Positions 24,927 through 33,200 of a stretch of DNA of 64,000 nucleotides are shown here, one piece after another. Under the pieces are notes generated by a model. It saw nothing but the letters and a program-made list of their open reading frames with translations, was not told the origin of the DNA and ran no database searches. The translations under genes were made by a program, and so were the position numbers. The stretch lies in assembly GCA_049852185.1 (NCBI GenBank), contig CP187540.1, one strand, 5' to 3'. The stretch is from Methanocaldococcus sp. 28A (GTDB lineage: Archaea > AGJL01 > Methanococci > Methanococcales > Methanocaldococcaceae). The first letter of the stretch is position 1; each line of letters starts with the position of its first letter.

Positions 24927-25526
24927 TTAAACTGATACTTTTTGTTTTGAGAAATAATATGATCTGATAAATTTAGCCACATATCTTGCTACATAATCTC
25001 CAACGAATCCAGATACTATTGATAATATTAACGCAATAATTACTCCTGATAAAGTATAGTATGATGACCAGTGAGGATATACTGCTATAGTATAGTAACA
25101 AATCCAATTAATAATCATAAATACCGCAAGTCCTACAGCACCATTAAATCTCTCTGTTAAGTAACCCAGAACTAATGCAGATATAATTCCAATAATACTA
25201 TACCATGTAGGAACTACAATACTAAACCATGGGCCCTCTAAAAGATAAAATGAGGCCAGTAATAATGAAACAACAATTCCATAATATTTTCCACATAACT
25301 CCTTAGCAAGAGTTATCCAGAATATATAGTATATCCCTCCAAATATTGCAGGTCCTAGGAATGGAGCATGTAACCAGGATGCGAATGTACTTTCTCCTCC
25401 AGCTGCAAGACTTATAAAATACCCAATACTTGCGAATATAAAGGAAACTCCAAGTTTAGCGATACTATTTGTGATTACTGGAGTGTGCTCATTTACATTA
25501 CCAGATACAGTATCTACAGATGTCAT
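24927..25526 (-). CDS. Polytopic membrane protein, possible ECF S-component-like
   Basis: About 6 hydrophobic segments in 199 aa; overlaps upstream radical SAM gene by 29 nt. Confidence 0.65.
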   Translation of the reverse strand: MTSVDTVSGNVNEHTPVITNSIAKLGVSFIFASIGYFISLAAGGESTFASWLHAPFLGPAIFGGIYYIFWITLAKELCGKYYGIVVSLLLASFYLLEGPWFSIVVPTWYSIIGIISALVLGYLTERFNGAVGLAVFMIINWICYYTIAVYPHWSSYYTLSGVIIALILSIVSGFVGDYVARYVAKFIRSYYFSKQKVSV

Positions 25527-26343
25527 TTTTTTTCACCATCTTTTTTATATATTGAATATGTCTTTTCCTTAATTCACTATATGAAGTTCTTGCATCTCCT
25601 AAAGAGTCTTCAGTTAGATAAACACACGGAGATTGCATACAATCCCATCGAACAAATATACAGTTTAGTAATATTCTACAGGGCGTAGTATGAGGAAGTG
25701 GTGGATAGATTTTTATTTTATTTTTATATTTTGACAATAAATTAGTTAAAAATTCTTTTTCTTCTTTTGACGTTAATCCATACTTTACATCAGGATCTAC
25801 TCCATAGATATCAAATAATCTATGTAACACAATTCCATCAACACCTAATTCTATCCCTACATCTATAATTTCTGGAATATGGTCTAAATTATCCTTGAAC
25901 ATAGTAACATCAATATAGGTAACTAATGGAATATCCCTTTCATTTCTCTCCTCAATAAGTTTTTTTATATTTTCTAAAACTTTTTCTTTTCCATCTAATG
26001 AAAATATACCAAATGCGATTTCGTCTAATCCACTATTTAATATTTCTTCTAATCTTTTATCGAGTAATGTTCCATTAGTACAAAGACTGGCTTTAATGTT
26101 TAACGATTTTACATAGGAGACCATTTTAAATAAATCTGGATGAAGAAGACATTCACCCCAACCATGCAACGCCACTTCATTAAAATCTTTAAGAGGCAAT
26201 TTTTTGAAATCTTCAAATGACATATACCCTACAGGTCTATTTAAATGACGTCTCATACAAATTTTACAGTTACTATTACAGTCATTAGTCGTCTCCACTT
26301 GTAATATTTTAGGCTTTATTATAAATGAAATCATATTATTCAC
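25498..26343 (-). CDS. Radical SAM enzyme with SPASM/Twitch-like C-terminal Cys cluster
   Basis: CNSNCKIC (CxxxCxxC), GWGECLLHP, TNGTLL, C-terminal PC...C...C...SPC...CRYC. Confidence 0.9.
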   Translation of the reverse strand: MNNMISFIIKPKILQVETTNDCNSNCKICMRRHLNRPVGYMSFEDFKKLPLKDFNEVALHGWGECLLHPDLFKMVSYVKSLNIKASLCTNGTLLDKRLEEILNSGLDEIAFGIFSLDGKEKVLENIKKLIEERNERDIPLVTYIDVTMFKDNLDHIPEIIDVGIELGVDGIVLHRLFDIYGVDPDVKYGLTSKEEKEFLTNLLSKYKNKIKIYPPLPHTTPCRILLNCIFVRWDCMQSPCVYLTEDSLGDARTSYSELRKRHIQYIKKMVKKNDICRYCIW

Positions 26344-26468
26344 ATTATAATTTTTTAAACTTTTTAAAATTTTTATTAATTAATTTTATTATTATTTATT
26401 AATATCAACATTAAATTGGGGTATTAAAATAATTTATATAAAAAAATTAAAAATAAAAGACCAAGATG

Positions 26469-26621
26469 TTATGATCTACTTAAGACTGGAATTTTTAATG
26501 AATCTTTTATAGCTAATAACATAGCTCCTACTAAGGCGGCAATTCCTACAACTTGTGCAATTGAGAATGCAGTTATTATAGTTGATGCTGAAACTGTAGT
26601 TACTGAAACTGGAGCACACAT
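26469..26621 (-). CDS. MCAP small membrane peptide 2 (50 aa), missing from ORF track
   Basis: MCAPVSVTTVSASTIITAFSIAQVVGIAALVGAMLLAIKDSLKIPVLSRS; GGAGGTGA RBS; T-rich tract downstream. Confidence 0.82.
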   Translation of the reverse strand: MCAPVSVTTVSASTIITAFSIAQVVGIAALVGAMLLAIKDSLKIPVLSRS

Positions 26622-26859
26622 ATTTCTCACCTCCAAAAAATTTTATAAAAATTTAAAAATATATAAAGACTTAGTTTGAAGAGACACTTTTAGCTTTTGC
26701 AATTTCTGAAGCTTTAGCTGAAGTTATTGCCATAATTCCTACAAGTCCTAAAACTATCATTCCTATTATTTGTGGGAGGACTAATCCAAGAGTTGGAACA
26801 CCAGTTCCAGTAGTTATTGCTATTGGAGCACACATATTTCTCACCTCCAAAAAATTTTA
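26610..26859. repeat. Perfect 36-nt direct repeat (26610-26645 and 26824-26859) spanning RBS and MCAP codons
   Basis: Minus strand TAAAATTTTTTGGAGGTGAGAAATATGTGTGCTCCA occurs twice. Confidence 0.95.
26671..26835 (-). CDS. MCAP small membrane peptide 1 (54 aa), missing from ORF track
   Basis: MCAPIAITTGTGVPTLGLVLPQIIGMIVLGLVGIMAITSAKASEIAKAKSVSSN; GGAGGTGA RBS. Confidence 0.82.
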   Translation of the reverse strand: MCAPIAITTGTGVPTLGLVLPQIIGMIVLGLVGIMAITSAKASEIAKAKSVSSN

Positions 26860-26877
26860 CAATAATTAAATGTTACT

Positions 26878-26934
26878 TGCAAATATATAAACTTTTCTGT
26901 GAAAAATTTTTATAAAAATCATAAAATTTATGAT
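26878..26934 (-). promoter_or_regulatory. BRE/TATA promoter for MCAP peptides with upstream palindrome
   Basis: Minus strand GAAAAGTTTATATATT; ATCATAAA-A-TTTATGAT inverted repeat at 26918-26934. Confidence 0.5.
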
Positions 26935-26991
26935 TAATAATTATGTAAAGTAATAATATAATGTTATAAAAATAAAAAGAAGAAAGTTAGT

Positions 26992-28404
26992 TTAGTGCTC
27001 TATTTGGTACAAGACAGCTGGTAAAGGAGTTTCATTTAATTTACCTTCTTTTGCAAGTTTTAATATATTCTCTGCCTCAGGTTTGAAATATTTTGCCCAA
27101 CCGACAAGTTGTGCTTTATCATACCATGTTTTTAAATTTAACTCATCTACAGCTTTTTGGGCATATTTTATTGAGTCATTCTTATCTCCTAATTTAGCAT
27201 ATGTAAACGCAGCCATTTCAGTACCTAAGAAGTAATAGTTTTCATGTGCAATTGATCTGTCAGAGATGTTCCAGTAGTTTGAAAGGTATAAGAAGTCATT
27301 TAATGCTTTTTTGTAATAACTTTTATTTCCAGTGTATTCTCCAAGGTAGTAGTATGCCAATCCTCTTTCATAATGTCCTACTGGTAAGTCACCTGGATAG
27401 TGATCTCCACCATCTTCTGTCATTCCTGTAGAGTACTCAACATTTGCTAAAAGGTTTTTTATAGCATCTTTTTTATCTCCTCTTTTCATATCTACCATAG
27501 CAATGTATCTGTGAGCCTCTCCAATATATGGTGAATCAGGATAATCATTTATTATTTTATTACATAAGTTAAGTACCTCATCATATTTACCAAGTTCATA
27601 AGCGGAAACAGCAGTAGGCATATATCCTAAATCCATAGCCCAACCATATTTTGGTCCATAATCGTCAATAAATTTATGACAGTAGTAATATGCAGTTGAG
27701 TAATTTGCATTACCAAATTCTGAATTTATTATGTATGACCAAACATAGTGCTCGTATGCTGGACCTTCCGGTGCAATATTTACTGATAAATTATAGTAAT
27801 ACAATGCTGTTGGGAATTCCCCCATAGCCAAATAAGTTCTTGCAGTATTTGCATATAACGTTGCTAAAGCCCCTTTTCCACCATATTTTTCAAGTACGGG
27901 AATATTTTGCATTGCTTTAAAGTAGTATGGTAATACTTTATTTTTTCTATCAGGATATGAATCATAGTAGAAGTAATTAGCATCTCCAATTCTTACATAA
28001 CCTAATGCTTTTGCTTCAGGCATTAAGTTCATAAATCTCTCAACAGCATAGATACCTTCATGATAATATTTATCTTCCTGTTCTAAGCCATCTTGTTTGT
28101 ATGTATGGTATGGGAATTTATCATAATGGTGGAAGTGATCTTGATTGATATACACATTCGCTAAATTGTACCAAGCCCATGGATAGTTTGGATCAGCCTC
28201 TATAGCCTTTTTTAATAATTGTTCCGCGATTTTATACTCTGTCATGTTACTATTTGCTATAGCATCTCTAACTATTGGAACTGCTTCATTAGTATATTTT
28301 ATAGCAGTTGCTTCTGCAGAATATGTTTTGTAAGCATCTACTGCTAAACCTAACGCCAATGCAATGCATATAATACCTATTATTAACTTTACGTAATTTT
28401 TCAT
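26992..28404 (-). CDS. Exported or membrane-anchored TPR-repeat protein, Tyr-rich
   Basis: N-terminal basic plus hydrophobic helix; TPR motifs (AIEADPNYPWAWYNLA, YPDSPYIGEA, HYERGLAYYYLG). Confidence 0.85.
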   Translation of the reverse strand: MKNYVKLIIGIICIALALGLAVDAYKTYSAEATAIKYTNEAVPIVRDAIANSNMTEYKIAEQLLKKAIEADPNYPWAWYNLANVYINQDHFHHYDKFPYHTYKQDGLEQEDKYYHEGIYAVERFMNLMPEAKALGYVRIGDANYFYYDSYPDRKNKVLPYYFKAMQNIPVLEKYGGKGALATLYANTARTYLAMGEFPTALYYYNLSVNIAPEGPAYEHYVWSYIINSEFGNANYSTAYYYCHKFIDDYGPKYGWAMDLGYMPTAVSAYELGKYDEVLNLCNKIINDYPDSPYIGEAHRYIAMVDMKRGDKKDAIKNLLANVEYSTGMTEDGGDHYPGDLPVGHYERGLAYYYLGEYTGNKSYYKKALNDFLYLSNYWNISDRSIAHENYYFLGTEMAAFTYAKLGDKNDSIKYAQKAVDELNLKTWYDKAQLVGWAKYFKPEAENILKLAKEGKLNETPLPAVLYQIEH

Positions 28405-28539
28405 ACATAACCCCCCTACTATTTACTAAATTATTTCTTAATTGTAATAAAATTAACATGATATAAGTTGGAGGTAGAGGTATATATATGTAACTATTTG
28501 ATATATCCAAATGTGTATATTATTTTTGAGATAAACCTC

Positions 28540-28830
28540 GTAAGGAGTTTTAAAATCACTACGTAGTAAGCGAGCAACGAAAACCTTAGGTTTTCGTCTA
28601 ATCTAAAGAAAGATATGGTTTTATTTTACTATGCCATTTATTAAACTTATTTAGTCGATATTCTACTTCTCTATTTATTCGTTCAACTTTATCAATTGTT
28701 TTAGGATGTCTAACGGAAGTTCTTATGTGTTCAATATTATGCTCTGCAAGAAACTTCTGGAATTTGGATATACCTCATTTTGCAGGAACGAATTGAGTTC
28801 CATTGTCTGTTAATATTTTCTCTAGCAATC
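28540..28830 (-). mobile_element. IS481-like transposase remnant and subterminal sequence
   Basis: Minus strand ILTDNGTQFVPAK*GISKFQKFLAEHNIEHIRTSVRHPKTIDKVER; 28541-28610 matches 59791-59861. Confidence 0.8.
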
Positions 28831-28943
28831 TATATGACGATTTGAAACAGTTGAGCAGATATAACAACAAATCACAAAAATTAAATAAAGGGAAAGTAAT
28901 AGAAGAATTTCTAAAATAAAAGAGTTTAAGATATACGTTTTAT

Positions 28944-29708
28944 TTATTCTTTATTTTTTTCTTCTGTTCTCTTATTTTCTTCATTTAATTTATTTTTAAC
29001 TTTCTCTATGAGTTTTTTTATTTCTTCTACAGAGATTTTCTTAAATTGTGAATCTTTAACTGTTATTACACAAACATCAACATTTTCTGCTTTTATATCT
29101 TCATTTGCTTTTGCTAATGCAGTTATGGCTAACTCTAAACCTTCGTCTAATGTTATATCATCTTTATACTCTTTTTCTAACAACTCCATAACTACAGGTC
29201 TTCCACTACCAATTGCAGTCGCTTTATATTCAATTAAAGCCCCACTTGGGTCTGTTTCAAATAATCTTGCTTCATTTTTATCAATTCCAGCAATTAATAA
29301 TGAAACTCCAAATGGTCTAACTCCTCCATGTTGTGTATATGCTTGTTTAATATCGCAAATTTTTTTTGCTAACATTTCAATTGATATCTCTTCTCCATAA
29401 GTTAATCTGTAAATCTGAGCTTCCAATCTCGCTCTATCAATTAAGACTCTTGCATCAGCGACTAATCCAGATGTAGCAGCTGCTACATGGTCATCAATTT
29501 GGAATATCTTCTCTATTGACCTAATTTTTACGAGTTTGCTTGTTATTCTTCTATCAACCGCTAATACAACACCATCTTTACAGGCAATACCTATCGCTGT
29601 AGTTCCTCTCCTTACAGCCTCTCTTGCATATTCTACTTGATATAATCTACCCTCCGGACTAAATACTGTAATTGCTCTATCATAAGCACTTGGTGGTACC
29701 ATTTGCAT
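28944..29708 (-). CDS. psmA: Proteasome subunit alpha
   Basis: [28 protein letters not shown]. Confidence 0.97.
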   Translation of the reverse strand: MQMVPPSAYDRAITVFSPEGRLYQVEYAREAVRRGTTAIGIACKDGVVLAVDRRITSKLVKIRSIEKIFQIDDHVAAATSGLVADARVLIDRARLEAQIYRLTYGEEISIEMLAKKICDIKQAYTQHGGVRPFGVSLLIAGIDKNEARLFETDPSGALIEYKATAIGSGRPVVMELLEKEYKDDITLDEGLELAITALAKANEDIKAENVDVCVITVKDSQFKKISVEEIKKLIEKVKNKLNEENKRTEEKNKE

Positions 29709-29985
29709 GCTTTCCCCCAGTATAATATTTTTAAAATAAACATCAACTTTGGATGTTTTTTAGTTATTTATTTCATTCATAATAAATTTTTATTTTTATT
29801 CTTTTTTATTTTTATGTGTAATCTCATTTTGTTATTGTTTGTGTTAAGTATGGACATAACCATAAATTATATATATGATGATGAATAAAATATAGGTGTG
29901 TGTAAAACTATCTTAAATAAAATTAAGGTATTTATTTGAATGAATGCCTACCTTATGGTAAGCATCTAGTGTGTGGTGATACAAA

Positions 29986-30273
29986 ATGAAAAAGGTAGTT
30001 ATATCAGATGAAGCTAAAGAGTACATCTTAGATAAGTTAAAGAAAGCTAACCATGATATAATTGTTATACACTTTGAAGGATTCGGATGAGGAGGGCCTA
30101 AATTTGGAATTTCTATAGCCCACCCCAATGATAATGACAAATTAATCTATAACAAGGAATTTAAAATCTATATAGACCCTATTGCCGACCAATGGCTTGA
30201 TGAAGTTAATATCTTATTAAGAAGATCAATATTTGGAAAGTCTCTTAAGATAAAAGATAGTAGTAAGTGCTAA
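29986..30273 (+). CDS. HesB/IscA-like selenoprotein (TGA at codon 35), missing from ORF track
   Basis: GGTGAT RBS; MKKVVISDEAKEYIL...FEGFG-TGA-GGPKFGI...DSSKC; frame open to TAA at 30271. Confidence 0.82.
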
Positions 30274-30279
30274 CTAAGA

Positions 30280-30342
30280 ACCGTTTCCCATTTTCATAGT
30301 AATTTTATATACAAACCGATAGCTATGAAAATGGGAAACGGT
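30280..30342 (+). other. 20-bp perfect hairpin immediately 3' of the selenoprotein (SECIS candidate)
   Basis: ACCGTTTCCCATTTTCATAG-N23-CTATGAAAATGGGAAACGGT, with GAA at its 5' base. Confidence 0.5.
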
Positions 30343-30429
30343 AGTAATGGTCTATATAAGCTTTATATAATAATAAGTTTATATAATAATAGAAAATTTT
30401 TCGTTAATAATCTATTGTGATATTCTTTT

Positions 30430-31072
30430 TAAGGAATATTCGTTGCTTAATCATGTGAAGGAAATTATAGACTTTACTATTAACGATTTAGAAATAAATC
30501 CATCTAATATTGTAGTACTTACCGATAGAGAGTTTAAAAATTTTGAAATAATAAAAATTTTTGAAAAATACGGATGTAATTACATAAGCTTTATTCCGAA
30601 AAATGATAAAGTTAAATACTATCTTGAGGATGAATATAAAAAAGAAGAAAAATGGAAATTCGATTATGTTATCGATAGAAATACTATTCCTAAATTAGTT
30701 ATTGCTGAGGACGAAATAATTACAAACAACGAAAGAAAAAAGGTATATTATACCTTTTTAACTAATATCAACTTTGAAAATCAAGAATCTTACATAAAAA
30801 TGTATAAAAAACGATGGAATATTGAAACACAATTTAGAATGCTTAAAGATGCAGTTATAAAAACGAATTTAACATCTATAAAAGTTAGGTTGTTCCTTTT
30901 TATGCTTAAATGCGTTATTCATAACTTATAGATTAAAATAATAAAAAAGAATGTGTTTTTTTAAAATTCTTCATAATCGAAATATGTAAGTTATTAAATA
31001 AATTCGATTATTCACTCATGGTTATGCGTAATACTCGGTTGTGTATGTCTAATGCATATTCATAAGATACTG
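30430..31072 (+). mobile_element. 5'-truncated copy of the ISH3/IS4-like element
   Basis: ORF 30443-30931 with LTDREF and YKKRWNIETQFR; ends in AGATACTG like 20412. Confidence 0.82.
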
Positions 31073-31114
31073 ATAAAATTTAAAATTAAATTAAAATTAA
31101 ATAAAACTTTATAT

Positions 31115-31786
31115 TTAAATATGTAAATTTGTTATTCTAATTCCAGTCCCTTTTGACTTGTATTTTATATTTAATCCAATTAGTAATGGAGTTATTGCCT
31201 CTATAATCCTTGATTTTTCTAAATTACCACAATCAATTGCTCTAACACCATCAATTTGGTTTGCCAACTCAATAACTACCTTTTTTGCTTCTTCATCATT
31301 TCCACAAACTAAGATATCGCAATCAACAGGATTATCTAAATCTTCTAAAACAGCATGACAAATATTTTGAAATGCACTAACTACTTTACTTTCTTTTAAT
31401 ACATTCTGAACCATTTCAGCAACAGAGCCATCTGGTGGAAACAATAATCTTGTTGGTTTATCTCCAATAGCTGTTGCCAAAGGAACGCCAATAGAAACAA
31501 CTATTTTCCCCTTTAACTCTTCTTTCAACTGTTTTATTGTTGATAAGGTGTATTCATAAGGTAAAGATAGAATAACAACATCTCCCTCTTTTGCTGCATC
31601 TTTGTTCTCTAATCCAATGATATCAGCCTCAATTCCTCTCTGCTTTAATATCTCTTTAGCTCTTTTAGCTGCTTCTTCTGCTTTTTCTTTTTTCCTTGAA
31701 CCAATTATTATCTTATTGTTTTTAGCCAATCTTAAAGCTAAACCAAATCCTTGGTCTCCAGTACCTCCCAATATAGCTACTTTCAT
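31115..31786 (-). CDS. npdG: F420-dependent NADP oxidoreductase
   Basis: GGTGDQGFGLA, GSR, SAFQN. Confidence 0.92.
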   Translation of the reverse strand: MKVAILGGTGDQGFGLALRLAKNNKIIIGSRKKEKAEEAAKRAKEILKQRGIEADIIGLENKDAAKEGDVVILSLPYEYTLSTIKQLKEELKGKIVVSIGVPLATAIGDKPTRLLFPPDGSVAEMVQNVLKESKVVSAFQNICHAVLEDLDNPVDCDILVCGNDEEAKKVVIELANQIDGVRAIDCGNLEKSRIIEAITPLLIGLNIKYKSKGTGIRITNLHI

Positions 31787-32739
31787 TATTCCACCGTTAA
31801 GTTTTTTATATCATAAGATTTTAAATCTTCGCTGATAATAATTTTAAAGCTCTCATTATACTGTTTAACGTTCATTTTATATATGTTGAAATATTCCTCC
31901 TTATCATACCTTGCTGAAATATGAGTTAAGATTAATGCCTTAACATTTGCCAATTTAGCTATATTTACAGCATCTCCAATTGTTGAATGCATATTCTCTT
32001 TGGCAATATCTTTGGCTGAATCATCAAATGTTGCCTCGTGAATTAATACATCACATCTTAATTCATTTAAATATTCCCCAAAATCTTCTAATGGAAGAGT
32101 ATCTCCACTATAAGCTAAACAAAATCCTTTTTTTGGAGGTAATAAAACATCTTCTGGTTTTATGATTTCTCCATGAATATTTTTAACTGTCTCTCCATTT
32201 TTTAGTTTTTTTAAATCAGGCCCTATTTTAACTCCAAGCTTTTTAGCTTTCTCAATATCTAAACGAGGTTTTTTAATTTCTTTAAATATATAAGCGTAAG
32301 AAGGAATGCCATGTTCAGTAGGATAGGCAATTATCTCATAATTTTCTTGCTGATAAATATTTATAGGTTTTTTAGTAGAAATCTCATAAACTTTTATTGG
32401 AAATTCTATATAATGAGTTCCAAGCTTTAATGAACTTTTAATAATATCCTTTGTTCCTTCAGGACCAAATATATTAATTTCCTTATTTCTTCCAAAAAAT
32501 CCCATACTCTGTAAAAGTCCAGGAATACCCAATATATGGTCTCCATGTAGATGTGTTATAAATATATGATTAATTTTCATTGGAGATATTTCAGTAAAAA
32601 GCATCTGTCTTTGGATATTTTCACCACAATCAAATAAAAAAACCTCTCCTCCAAATTTAAATGCTATTCCAATATGATTCCTATTTTTTGATGGAACTGC
32701 CGCTCCAGTTCCTAAGAATACCAATTTCATAATAATCAT
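31786..32739 (-). CDS. rnz: Ribonuclease Z
   Basis: THLHGDH, YSGDT, HEAT, THISARY. Confidence 0.95.
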   Translation of the reverse strand: MIIMKLVFLGTGAAVPSKNRNHIGIAFKFGGEVFLFDCGENIQRQMLFTEISPMKINHIFITHLHGDHILGIPGLLQSMGFFGRNKEINIFGPEGTKDIIKSSLKLGTHYIEFPIKVYEISTKKPINIYQQENYEIIAYPTEHGIPSYAYIFKEIKKPRLDIEKAKKLGVKIGPDLKKLKNGETVKNIHGEIIKPEDVLLPPKKGFCLAYSGDTLPLEDFGEYLNELRCDVLIHEATFDDSAKDIAKENMHSTIGDAVNIAKLANVKALILTHISARYDKEEYFNIYKMNVKQYNESFKIIISEDLKSYDIKNLTVE

Positions 32740-32745
32740 CTTATA

Positions 32746-33141
32746 TTATTCTATATTTTCCAAATATTCCTTAACAACATCTTCAAATTCCAGCCCATCT
32801 ACCCATTTTTTCATACTGTTGCACCAATCTTCTATGGTCTCATTTATAATCTTTTTTGTTTCTTCAAATGGAATTGCCTCGTAAATATAGTAATATCCTC
32901 CATCTTTTATATTCACCTGCTTTCTTTTAACTAAACCTACATTCATTAAATTTTGGACAGACCTTTGAACTGTACTTCTATCTCTGTTAATTCTCTCAGC
33001 AATATCATTTATTTTTGATGGTCCGTTTTTTAAAATATCAAAATACACTTTAACATCAGAAACTTTTATACCAAAAACACATGCCATTAAACTATCAAAC
33101 GTCCACGTTGTACATGGTGTTTTTAATAAAAGTTTGTTCAT
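32746..33141 (-). CDS. Winged-helix transcription regulator (TrmB-like)
   Basis: IAERINRDRSTVQRSVQNL, GGYYYIY. Confidence 0.82.
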   Translation of the reverse strand: MNKLLLKTPCTTWTFDSLMACVFGIKVSDVKVYFDILKNGPSKINDIAERINRDRSTVQRSVQNLMNVGLVKRKQVNIKDGGYYYIYEAIPFEETKKIINETIEDWCNSMKKWVDGLEFEDVVKEYLENIE

Positions 33142-33200
33142 GTTATCACCTTCATGGTCGTGGCATTGACATTAACTAACAATATCCTTATATTTAAAGA

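Noticed and set aside
26610-26859. 36-nt direct repeat as a CRISPR mini-array
   Set aside because: Only two copies, a 178-nt spacer that is an ORF, and the repeat is an RBS plus start codons; no cas genes nearby
28754-28800. In-frame TGA in the IS481 fragment as selenocysteine
   Set aside because: Lies in a truncated transposase with no start and no SECIS; ordinary nonsense mutation
29913-30140. 75 aa minus-strand ORF
   Set aside because: Shadow of the plus-strand HesB-like selenoprotein
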